Source: Octopus sinensis (lineage: Eukaryota). Taken from it: a DNA stretch of 64,000 nucleotides. Position 1 is the first letter of the stretch. Each line of letters starts with the position of its first letter. The position numbers and the translations under genes were made by a program. Location of the stretch: positions 1-64,000 of the forward strand of contig NW_021832716.1 in NCBI RefSeq assembly GCF_006345805.1, read 5' to 3'. The notes under the pieces are model-generated. The model made no database searches. It was not told where the DNA came from and was given only the letters and a program-made list of their open reading frames with translations. Below, piece by piece: positions 14,081 to 25,996 of the stretch.

Positions 14081-14500
14081 AGGCGACGAACTGGCAGAAT
14101 CGTTAGCACGCTGGCCCAAATGCTTAGCGGCATTTTGTCTGCCGCTACGTTCTGAGTTCAAATTCGGCCGAGGTCGACTTTGCCTTTCATCCTTTCGGGG
14201 TCGATAGATTAAGTACTAGTTACGCACTGGGGTCGATGAAATCGACTTAATCCCTTTGTCTGTCCTTGTTTGTCCTCTCTGTGTTTAGCTCCTTGTGGGT
14301 GGTAGTAAAGAAATAGGTATTTTGTCTGCCGTTACGTTCTGAGTTCAAATTCCACCATGGTCGACTTTGCCTTTCATTCTTTCGGGGTCGATAAAATAAG
14401 TACCAGTTACGCACTGGGGTCGATGTAATCGAATTAGTCCCTTTGTCTGTCCTTGTTTGTCACCTCTATGTTTAGCCCCTTGTGAGCAATAAAGAAATAA
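14081..14500 (+). mobile_element. SINE family B with a Meta-like central domain, plus a tandem partial repeat. Other copies at 6985-7210 (-), 36950-37080 (+), 44785-45175 (- tandem), 60845-61030 (+), 63540-63720 (+)
   Basis: GGCG.CGAGCTGGCAGAA..GTTAGCAC head, GAGTTCAAAT B box, GTCGACTTTGCCTTTCATCCTTTCGGGGTCGATAAAATAAGTACCAG core. The Meta-domain label is from memory of the consensus. Confidence 0.8.
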
Positions 14501-14829
14501 GGATTTCTCATATTTTGACAGCCGAATAAACAGGGGCAACGTGAAATGAAGTGTTTTTTGGTCAAAAACACAAGACATAGACTTGTTCAGGGATCGAAAC
14601 CACAAGCTTACGATCATAAGTGCAACACCGTAACCACTTCTTGGCTTCTCGCTACATTAATTAGTTCTTTAGTCCTGACTTCTTTACTGTTTAAGCGTTT
14701 ATATAATTGGTGACGATGTCGACAGAACAAACTGACAGAGAGAAGCGGGGTTTCACAGACTTGTTGAAGTCTTTAACTTGTTTTTAGAGGATTTCAATGG
14801 CTTCAAGTTGTCGCAACATCTGATATGAA

Positions 14830-15175
14830 GGTGATGATGAAGGTGGTTATGGTGGTGGTTGTAGTAGTGTTGGTAGTGGTGATAGAGGTGGTTATGATGG
14901 TGGTGGTTGTGGTGGTGGTAGTTGTAGTAGTGCCTGTAGTGGTGATAAAGGTGATAAAGGTGGTCATGGTGGTGGTGGTGGTGGTGCAAGTGGTAGTGCT
15001 GGAGGTTGTGTTGGTAGAGGGTGGTGGTGGTGGTGGTGGTGGTGTGGAGGTGCTGCTGCTGCTGCTGCTGATGATGATGATGATGATAGCGATAGTGATA
15101 ACGGTAATGATAATGGTGGTGGTGAGGGAAGCGGTGATAGTGGAGATGTGGTGGTGACGATGACAGTGATGATTA

Positions 15176-15209
<34 letters not shown>

Positions 15210-15425
15210 GGTAGGTGGTGGTGGTAGTGGTAGTGGTGGTGGTGGTGGTAGTGGTACTGGTGGGGGTTGATGATAATGAGGATGATAGCTTTGACAATGT
15301 TGCTGTTGTTCTTGCTGTTGTTGCTGGTGGTGGTGGTGGTGGTGGTGGTGTGGTGGTGGTGGTGGTTTTGGTGGCGGTGGCAGTTATGGTTGTGATAGTC
15401 TGTAGTTATTGTTGTGGTGGTGGTA
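14830..15425. repeat. Compound (GGT/GAT/GTA/GCT)n trinucleotide tract
   Basis: Read directly. Confidence 0.95.
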
Positions 15426-15897
15426 GGGGTGCTATGCATCAGACAAGAGAGAAGAAACAGTTCGTGTATGAAGAGTTCCTTAAACGTTAGGGCCATTATT
15501 TTAATTAATTTTTTCACTGAACACCTGTTTAGTGATATATATATTATACAGACACATCTGTACGTATACATACACACACACAAAGATAGATAGATAGATA
15601 GATAGATAAATATACAGACACATGCATATACACGTATACCGCCTACGTACGCTCACGTACAAACGATTACACAAACATTAGTAGACGCGCTCATTAAGTT
15701 CTGTATGTAAATAAAGACAAGTCATTAGACGTGCGACACAACCGGAAGTAATTACAAATGCCCGTGTATGCACTCATTCACACAATGCGTATAATAAGCT
15801 TATATACATACATATATACACACACAGACACATACGTATACATATATATATATATATTATATATATATATATTATATATATATTCAAGACATAAGTG

Positions 15898-15944
<47 letters not shown>

Positions 15945-16091
15945 TTAGCGTCCCCGTCACTTAGCGGTTCGGCAAAAGAGACCGATAGTACTGGGCTTAC
16001 AAAGAATAATTTCCGGGGTCGAGTTGCTCGATTAAAGGCGGTGCTCTAGTAACGGCCGCAGTCAAATGACTGAAACAAGTAAAAAAATATA

Positions 16092-16154
<63 letters not shown>

Positions 16155-16254
16155 AGTAGTAACAGAAAAATGGAATTTCGATTATCCCCACGTTGTGAGG
16201 AAATTAAAAAAGGAAAATACGCATACTTACATAGTTTTAATATAATTTTTACTA

Positions 16255-16287
16255 TATCGACCGGTTTCGTTATCGCTATTCATGATA
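16255..16287 (-). ncRNA. Minimal hammerhead-like motif, A3-U8
   Basis: UAUC-AUGAAUA-G(cgauaa)C-GAAA-C(CG)G-UC^GAUA; helix II is a single pair. Confidence 0.4.
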
Positions 16288-16682
16288 TTATGTTTTACTT
16301 ATTTGAATATATATTTTTTCTTAAGAAGAAATTTGGTCCGTGTGGTGTGTGATGAAATTCACGAGTGAATGACTTCACAAGTAGATAAATAAAGGGGGGT
16401 AATTGGTTGTCGTTATTATTGTTATTGTTTCGGGAATGGGTAGGGATTATATATGTGTACAGAGACAAGTTTCAAAAACCTTGTCTTGTAGGGGATTTAT
16501 GTACAGTGATGTAATCGTGAATTGAAATATGTAAAAAGTTAAAAGTTGGTTATGAGTGCATTTTAAGACGTGTTTTGTATTTTTACAAGGGTTTTGAGAA
16601 AATTTGGTTTAAATGTTTGACAACTCAGCACCGTCCATTGGGACAGGGGGCGTTTTGTTCGTAATTAATATATATATATATA

Positions 16683-16727
<45 letters not shown>

Positions 16728-17064
16728 CACGATTTATTCGTGATCAGAGAAGTGCGAAAACCGAGGTACTACTGTATATCTTTTACCTTTTGTTTGTTTC
16801 AATTAGACTGCGGCTATGCTGGGTGCACCGCCTTGAATTTTTACCAGAACGAATCTTATTCTTTAAGTCCGGTACTTATTCTATCGCCCCCTTTGCCAAA
16901 CTGCTAAGTTACAGCGACGTAAACACACAAACACTGGTTGTCAAACGTTGGTGGAAGGACAAAAACAGACAGAAAGACTCACATGTGTGTGTGTATGTGT
17001 GTGTGTGTATGTGTGTGTGTGAGTGTGTGTGTGTGTGTGTGTGGTGTGTGTGTGTGTGTGTGTA

Positions 17065-17285
17065 CGAGGGGCTGCTGAAAAGTTCCTGACTATAAGGGTG
17101 GCGGGAAAGGCCAGGTTGCAGGCCCAACCTCATGAGTTCTTTTACAGGGCTTAGCAAAAACCTGAAGGGCCTCTGCAGTAAGTGTATGAATCTGAGAGAG
17201 ACGAATATGTTGAATAAAATCATAATTAAGTGATCCTCCTGTATCTTCTTTTACCCAAAGCCAGGAAGTTTTCAGCACCCCACTG
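17065..17285. mobile_element. Mariner-type MITE of about 220 bp
   Basis: Left TA|CGAGGGGCTGCTGAAAAGTTCCTGACT; the right end is the inverted AGCCAGGAAGTTTTCAGCACCCCACTG. Confidence 0.75.
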
Positions 17286-17339
17286 TGCATATGTGTGTGT
17301 ATATTTATATATATATATACCACACACACACACACACAC

Positions 17340-17378
<39 letters not shown>

Positions 17379-17606
17379 TATTCTATAATTATAAGCATAA
17401 TTATAATCAGGGTCTGCTAATTGCTTCGCCACGCACCGAATTTAGAAATAGCAGTTAAAATACCTATTCCGCTACCATAAATATCTCCCTTTTATTATTA
17501 TTGAAATGTGTGTGTGTATGTGTGTGTGTGTGGTGTGTTGTGTGTGAGTATGTACATATGTATACATATTCATATAGAAAGGAAAAGAAAAGTGAGTTAA
17601 ATTGAC

Positions 17607-17673
<67 letters not shown>

Positions 17674-17695
17674 TAGACAGATAGATAGATAGATC

Positions 17696-17773
<78 letters not shown>

Positions 17774-18138
17774 GCTCTTTTTCTACACACATTTTTTTCT
17801 TTCGTTTATTTTCCCCAACGTCGTGGACAACCCTGGAACACGACACATGCAATCTCGTATAGGACTTCACTCACACACGCGCCCATTCTCAGACTGTCAC
17901 CCATACACACACATTCTTTCACATGCGTATACACTACGCCACCCTTCCACACACACACATTGTCACATACGTTCGCACGCTCACACACACACACGCACGC
18001 ACGCTCACACACACACACACACGCACGCACTCCCATCGCAATAGACATTAATACTGAGTCACGCGTGGCTGCAAGAAGGCAGATTAGACACACAAAAAGT
18101 GAGATACCTCCAGATACTGTCATTATCACACTCACACA

Positions 18139-18179
<41 letters not shown>

Positions 18180-18569
18180 ACGCACGCTCGCACGCACACT
18201 CGCACGAAGACACGAACACTTCACTTTGTGGCACCCGCACATCTGGTAACATTTAGCAATAATCAGATATATATACACACGTGCGAAAACATACGCACCA
18301 ACCAAAACACCCTGACAGAGTCGAACACACACACCCATACACACACACACACACACATACACACACACACACACATACACACACACACACTACACAAACA
18401 CACACATACAAATGCGTACGCACGCACACTTCTGCATACATACAAGAAAACCATCACACAAGCACATGTTACTACAATACGTACAAAAATATCACATGAT
18501 CACGTATTAATACCCCACAATCCGTAGACAAACCCAGACAGTAAAAACTATCCTTGCTTGCGGATTATA

Positions 18570-19250
18570 AGTTTAGTTAGTTAAGTTAATTTTTTGGCTC
18601 AAAAAGCAAAAGCAAGGCTATGTAGGGGGACATGGAGTTATGTACAGGGAGGGTGTTCATGCAAAGAGTTCAGGCAATTTCTGGTCAAGAGAGACTTTGA
18701 ACCGAGCGGTCGTTGCATCTTCACTATCCCGTCCGGCAGCTTAATCCACGGATCTGCAACCCGGACGGAGAAAGCCCCTCTCCTTCGATTGAGATGAAAT
18801 CGTCGCAGATAGAGCTTTTCAGAGTGACCCCGCAGCCCACGCTCTGGAGCAGGAGTGAAGAACAGCTCTTTCGAGAGGTTACACTTTCCGCTTATGATGT
18901 TGTGAGCAAGAATGAGATCACCACAGCGTCGTCGTTTTTCTAGAGAATAATGGTCGAGCGTCTTCAGTCTTTCTCCATAAGACAAATGCTTGAGACCAAG
19001 AACCATGCGGGTAGCCAGCTTCTGGATCCTTTCGAGATGATGTATGTCTTTGAGGAGATAAGGAGAAGAGGCTTGAATCCCGTACTCCAATATGGGTCTC
19101 ACCAGCGTGACATAGAGCGGTAGGAGACTACGGCCATGCTGTAGTACTTGCCCTGAAGGACTTTAGGCCAAGCATGGGCAGACCTTTTTCGAGAAGCTGG
19201 CCGCATGAGAAATAACAAATCATCAGGCGGGTCGCACTACTAAAAAGGAA
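18570..19250 (-). mobile_element. CR1-clade LINE 3' fragment
   Basis: RPILEYG..SSPY...LERIQKLATRMV..L...SYGERL..L...SLEKRR..GDLI...RGH...FSVRV...W..LP; short (CTAA)-like tail. Confidence 0.9.
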
Positions 19251-19523
19251 TTTAAAGTAAGGTTTCGTTGGCGTGCCAATGAAGAAGTGCCGCGGACTGC
19301 AGGTTGCCCATGACTGGCTTAGTTGAAAGAATGGATTCCAGTACTTACTGTTAAGCCTGGGACTTCGTCTACCGGTTTCTTTTTTTATACTTTTGCCGAA
19401 CTGCTAAGTCACGAGGGCGTAAACAAGCCCACATTTGTCGTTAAGCGGTGGGAAGGGGAACATACCACAAACACACATACACATATCTTTACGTATATGT
19501 GAGTGTATACGTGTGTGTGTATG

Positions 19524-19608
<85 letters not shown>

Positions 19609-19702
19609 GTATGTATAAGGATGAAAAGGAACACACGAGTTGATATATATGAAAAAATAAGTCAAAATAGAAAATGATAAATTAATTTTATAAAGAACAT
19701 TT

Positions 19703-19740
19703 CAGTACCGGTTTCAGTCATTTTGAGACCTTTTCAACTG
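19703..19740 (-). ncRNA. Minimal type-I hammerhead ribozyme, U3-A8 variant
   Basis: CAG-UUGAAAA-GGUC(ucaaaau)GACU-GAAA-C(CG)G-UA^CUG; all three helices pair. Confidence 0.7.
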
Positions 19741-20189
19741 TAACGATTAAATAATTAAATTTAGAAAAATTAAAAGAAATGTTTTTTTAAAGGAATATTT
19801 GTATAGTGTTCAAATATAAGTGGCATTTTCCTTGTTTCTGCCTTGCTCTGTCTCTCTTGTTCACACAAACTGGTAAGTAGGGAGGTAGGCACAATGGGCT
19901 TCCACACAGTTTTCCTCCACCTCATTCGCTCACAAGGCATTGGTCGCCGTTAGGCTATAGTAGAAGACATTTTCCCACGGTGGCACGCAGTGGAACTGAA
20001 CCCCAAACCACATGATTACAAAACGAGCTTCATAACTACAGCCACGACGACAATTTTGGGGTCCCTTTTATGCTTGTACATCGAATTGTTGATGGCGTAT
20101 CTTCGATCGCAGATGAAACATGCAAATGCTTTGTCGACGAGGTCACGTGTTCTCGCTTCGATTGCTATTCTTGAATGTATTCCCCCCCC

Positions 20190-20488
20190 CAAGTGTTTTT
20201 CGTAAAAGATGGAAGTATATAGCAAGTATGTTGCGAGTGAAAGAACCTGTTTAATCGAGAATGTAAAAAAGGAGAAAGCAAAGTCTTCAGCGTGAGCATG
20301 TGGTTTGTGGGGTCAACCGTGTCCTCCGCTTCATTTTTTGTTAATCACTCATTCTCATTTAATTGTATATATTTTAATTGTTTGTTTATTCATACGTTTC
20401 GTCTCATTCGATACCCTGACCCCAACATTTGTTTTGTCTGTCCCCGTATTGTCCCTCTTTTTCTCAACCTTATGGTGAATAAAGAAAT
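20190..20488 (+). mobile_element. 5'-truncated 3' fragment of the TC-family Tx1 element
   Basis: Near-identical to about 29310-29600; ends AATAAAGAAAT|TCTCCCTTATCTTC. Confidence 0.9.
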
Positions 20489-20839
20489 TCTCCCTTATCT
20501 TCAATCTCCGGCAGCAATGAGATTGAGAAAAGTAGATTTTTGCTAGTATTTTCTATTCTTGAAAAGCTGATGTTTTTCCTCTTCAAGAAGTCTTTCAGTT
20601 GGTCCTCTAGTTAAGCATTGATTTTGACGTAGCTGGCTGTAGGTAATCCTTCAATCTCCACCAGCAGTGAAATTGCCATATTAAACTTTCTATAACATCA
20701 TCTTCCATTCTCGAAGACCTGATGTTACTAATCGTCAAGTTGGTCTTTCAGCTGGTCATTGAATTTTATCTTTAGTCCTCCAGCTAAGCACTTATCATGG
20801 CATATTTGGCTGTAGGTGATTCTACAAGAGGATGTGCAC

Positions 20840-21245
20840 TAGACATGCAATCCATTTCAGCTGATACAATACTGCTTGAGAGGCGGTTGGATGGAACCTA
20901 CACTCGCCTCCTTATGAGAGCTCAAAATCTCTCGTGGAAGCGTCATCCAACCAAAATGCAAATATATAGGAAACTACCACCTGTGTCATCTCTTGTGAAA
21001 GGTAGGAGAGTCGAGTTTGCTGGACATTGTTGTAGAGCTGAAAACGAGGCAATTTCTACTCTTCTCCTCTGGAAGCCATCTACTCGCGATACCAGAGGGC
21101 GCACACCCTCCTACCCTGATGTAATCTCCAGGGATATAGGCATCCAGCAACAGGACCTCCGTAATGCTATGATGGACCGTGAAGTCTGGCGTAGCATGGT
21201 AAATTCCATTGTCTCGACCACAGTCGAACTATGATGATGATGATG
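20840..21245 (+). mobile_element. RTE(-X) LINE 3' fragment
   Basis: RRLDGTYTRLLMRAQNLSW...RRVEFAGHC...AMMDREVWR followed by a (TGA)n tail. Confidence 0.88.
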
Positions 21246-21492
21246 CTGGTGTTGGATCAACAGTGAATATTTTGGTACTTTATTCTATCCCTTCGTGTAA
21301 ATTTCAAAGGATCTCTTGGATGCTGAATGTCTTAAAAGCATCCTGAACCTTTATATGAAGCTCTATGTTTCGCATCCAAACAAAAGAGTGGAAGGCGGCT
21401 GAGATTGCTAGTTAGAAATTCTCTCTCTCTCTTTCTCTCACACATTCTCTGTTTCCATCAGTAAGTCTCTCTCTCTCCCTCTCTCTTTCTCC

Positions 21493-21574
<82 letters not shown>

Positions 21575-21581
21575 CTCTCTC

Positions 21582-23883
21582 TGATCGGTCGTGTTATTCT
21601 TTGCTCCGCAGTGAAAGATTGTTTTTGTGCTGAAAAGTTTGAAAATTTGCTGTTTTGGTAGTCGAGGCCACTTCTTTTCTGCTGTTGCAGCAGAGTTCTG
21701 CTGTTTTTTCCCCCTTGTTTCAAGGGGGAAGTGACGAAAAAGACATGAATTTGCAACCAGTCTCCTCCGAGTCGGAGGAAAACGTTGAAAATTTGTTTGA
21801 AGGCATGAAGGCGAAAATGTGGGAGGAGGAAGGTAGAAGTAAAGAGACGTCTCACGCGAGCGTTACAAAAGCAGACGACAATATGTCTGGCGAAGCTAGT
21901 AAACGACAAGAAAGGCAAAAATAAATTTTGCGAGTGCAGCAACTCGCCCCTGTGAAAACATCGTTATAACAAGAAGGATTAAAGAAGTACCAAATTTATT
22001 AAAAAAAGAAGGTGATAATGTGAAGTTGTTCCCCCCCCAGTGAATTAATTTACGCGACGGGAGAAAAACTGTAATTTACAAGACTTATAATGTCAAAAAT
22101 AAAAAATTGACTTCGTACAGAGAGAAGCCATTGAAAAATGTTTGAGGCCGATATGGCAACAAACAAGTTATATAACAAGGGGTAGTCGCTTCGGCACGGT
22201 AGAGGTGCGTTTCCCCCTAGCGAAGAATAGCTAGGGAACATTCAACAAGAACGTTGAAGTCGGAAGAGGTAGTTCTTTTACCATTTTATTTAGGAATGAG
22301 AACTAGTAGAATAACGGTTTACGAACATTCCGCACGAAATAGATGTGGACTTCATAACAGCAGCGATTCTCTTAGCAAAGAGGAGAAATTGCCATTCTTC
22401 AGTCTAAAAGATATCGCCCCACGACCTGGTATGGACAGGACTTAGAACTTGTGATCCAAGCGAACCCCTCGGACTTGAAAAATTGCCAAGCTCCCTCACC
22501 ATTGGAGATACCACCTTGATGGTAATAGTCGAGGGAAGAAACCGAGATGCTATAAATGTGGCGAGAAAGGCCACATACGGTCGAGCTGCAAGAAGACAGC
22601 CAAAAAAATACTACAGAGGCAAGCACGACGCCGAAAACAACTACACCGCTAGAAATAGCAGCCACGTCGCGCGCCCCAATTGCCGAATTCAGCCACAACA
22701 ACGGTAGAAAACAACGACAACAACGATGACAACAACATCAACAACATCCAGGAGTGGGTCAACGTGGGTGAACTTGTTGGCGAGGCGCAAACTTGCGCCA
22801 TCCCTGGAAGGACCATCCACGACAATCTCCACTTTCTACGCTCTATGCCTTAGAAAGGGTAAATAGGATTCCTGGCAAGGGGGGGCTATGGTCCACTTGG
22901 ACCAATCGAAAGCGTTTGATAGGGTGGACCATCAGTATCTGGCGGCGGTCCTCGCGCGGCGGCTGCTTCGGCCCGACTTCCGCGGATGGATCATCGCTTT
23001 GTACAGCAACATCGAATCGGTAGTTCGGGTAAATGGTTTCCTTTCGGAGCCGTTCAGCATTGAACGTTCGGTACGTCAAGGGTGTCCTCTCTCCCCGCTT
23101 CTCTACGTTTTGGCCCTCGAGCCGTTGCTGAGGAGGTTGGAAACTATGAGAGGCACCCCGCAAGATCTAGGGTGCGGAAAGTCAGCTTCGGCGTATGCGG
23201 ACGACATCACCGTCATCGTTTCCCGAGTCGAGCACCTACAGTGGGTGGGTGAGTCCTTAAGGGACTACGAAGTGGTGGCAGGAGCGAAAGTCAACCGGGA
23301 TAAATCGGTCGGCTTGCAACTCGGCACCTGGAGGGGCAAGTCGATGTCTTCCGACAGCGTCGTAGGACGTTGGACGGAAGGACCGGTGAAAATGCTTGGG
23401 ATCTGGTTAGGTCCAGATCTCCAGATAGAGAAGAACTGGAGCGAGGTGGCGAGAAAGGTGGCTCTTCTAACTCAGACATGGTCTGAACGGAAGACGAGAG
23501 TAAAAGGAATTGCAACAGGCATGTTTATCTCCAGTCTCGAGCTAATCGACTTTTTCGTTTTCCACATGAAACGGAAAATAAGCTGGATAAGAATCCCTGT
23601 CGCAAAGTGTGTTTCGTACAAGATGGAAGTATATAGCAAGTATGTTGCGAGTGAAGAACCTATTTAATCGAGAATGTAAAAAAGATAAAACAAGTCTTCA
23701 GTGTGAGTATGTGGTTTGTGGGGTCGACCGCGTACTCCGCTTCATTTTTTGTTTTCACTCATTCTCATTTAATTGTATATATATTAATTGTTTGTTTATT
23801 CATGTTTCGTCTCATTCGATACCCTGACCCCAACGTTTGTTTTGTCCCCTCTTTTTCTCAACCTTAATGTGAATAAAGAAATA
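21582..23883 (+). mobile_element. TC-family Tx1 copy A with both termini intact and two large internal deletions
   Basis: Same 5' (TGATCGGTCG) and 3' (AATAAAGAAATA) ends as copy B; ORF1 is joined to the RT at 22763/22764 and the RT to the C-terminus at 23490-23493; (TC)n on both sides. Confidence 0.92.
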
Positions 23884-24211
23884 CTCTCTCCCTCTCTCTT
23901 TCTCCCTCCTCTCCTCTCTCCTCTCGTCTCTCTCTCTCTCCTCTCTCCCTCTCTCTCCTTCTCCCTCTCTCTCTCCTCCTCTCCGTCTCTCTCTCCCTCT
24001 CTCTCTCTTCTCTCTCTCTCTCTCTCTCTCACTCTCTCTCTCTCTCTCTCTCTCTGATCGGTCGTGTTATTCTTTGCTCCGCAGTGAAAGATTGTTTTTG
24101 TGCTGAAAAGTTTGAAAATTTGCTGTTTTGGTAGTCGAGGCCACTTCTTTTCTGCTTTGCAGCAGAGTTCTGCTTTCTTTCCCCTTTGAAACAAGGGGAA
24201 GCGACGAAAAT

Positions 24212-25965
24212 ATGAATTTGCAACCAATCTCCTCCGAGTCGGAGGAAAACGTTGAAAATTTGTTTTGAAGCTGAAGGCGAAAATACGGGAGGAGGAAGGT
24301 AAAAGTAAAGAGACGTCTCACGCGCTCGTTACAATAGCAGACGACAATATGTCTGGCGAAGCTACTAAACAACAAGAAAAGTCAAAAATAAATTTTGCGA
24401 GTGCAGCAACTCGCCCCTGTGAAAATATAGTATTAACAACAAGGAAGAATTAAAGAATACCAAGGACTACTAAAAAAGAAGGTGATAATGTGAAGTTGTT
24501 CCTCCCAGTGAATTAATTTACGCGACGGAGAGAAAACTGTCATAAACAAGACGTATAACGTGAAAAATAAGGAAATTGACTTCGTGCAGAGAGAAGCCAT
24601 TGAAAAATGTTTGAGGCCGATATGGCAACAAACTACGTATATAACAAGGGGTAGTCGCTTCGGAACGGTAGAGGTGCGTTTCCCTAGCGAAGAAATAGCT
24701 AGGGAACATTCAACAAGAACGTTGAAGTCAGACGAGGTAGTTCTTTTACCTTTTTATTTAGGAATGAGAACTTCCAGGATAACAGTCACGGACATTCCGC
24801 CCGAAATCGATGTGGACTTTATAATAGCAGCGATTCTCTTAGGCAAAGAGGAAGAAATTGCCATTCTTCAGTCTAAAAGATATCGCCCCACGACCTGGTA
24901 TGGACAAGACTTAGAACTTGTGATCCAAGCGAACCCCTCGGACTTGGAAAAATTGCCAAGCTCCCTCACCATTGGAGATAATACCACCTTGATGGTAATA
25001 GTCGAGGGAAGAAAACCTAGGTGTTATAAATGTGGCGAGAAAGGCCACATAAGGTCGAGCTGCAAGAAGACAGCCAAAGAAATACTGCAGAGGCAAGCAC
25101 GACGCCGAAAACAACTAACCGCTAGAAATAGCAGCCACGTCGCGCGCCCCAATTGCCGAAATTCAGCCGACAACGGGAGAAAACAAACGACAAAACAACA
25201 CAAACAACATCCAGGAGTGGGTCAACCATAGAACCTTCAAAAAGAAGACGGAAACGGAAAATTTCACCCTCTTCGGATACACAGGACTATACTCTGACAC
25301 AGACAAGCACACCCACACCCACAAATACAGTCGCAAACACAACGTAGCCAAAAAACACCACACACTGGAAAAAGCACACACAAACACTCACACACCTACA
25401 CAAGCACGCACACACTACAGACACCACGCTCTACAAGACACATACACCCACAAACACCTCCACAATCACCTACAAAAAAAAGAAACACCTTCACGGCGAT
25501 AACTAAAAACAATAACCCAAAGACACACACACCGAAAAAGCACACACAAACACACACACACCTTCACAAGCACGCACACACCTACAACACCCACGCTTCT
25601 ACAAACACACACACCACACCCTCCCTCCACAATCACCTAACAAAAAAAAAGAAACACCTTCACGGCGATAAATAAAAACAATAACCCATTAAGGGAAAAA
25701 ATTATTTTACTGAAATCGGCGAAAAAATATATCGCAACAGATATAAATAGTACTATATCTGAAAATGTAGAATTTTATACAATAGATAACGCTGATTATT
25801 TTGAAATAAAAAAAATCTTTTGCGGAGGACGTAGGCCCGTTACAGATGAACTTTTCAAGCCATCTGTACAAGCAATTCGCCAAAAAACTGACCTCGCAAA
25901 ACACAACACTCACAGACAGAAAAGATGAGGGTGAAACTACACCTTCTCTTCTGTTAAAACAGTAA
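24212..25965 (+). CDS. ORF1 of TC-family copy B (RNA-binding region, CCHC knuckle, low-complexity linker, C-terminal domain; frameshifted)
   Basis: ATG at 24212; ORF 24560-25231 contains VIVEGRKPRCYKCGEKGHIRSSC; an open frame resumes at 25680-25965. Confidence 0.8.
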
Positions 25966-25996
25966 GTTTTAAACATTCGACTAAATTTTCACATTC

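Noticed and set aside
17780-18530. AC-rich cryptically simple tract (also 30960-31300 and 49430-50060) as a further Tx1 ORF1 linker
   Set aside because: Composition resembles the ORF1 linkers, but no flanking knuckle or endonuclease motifs can be found.
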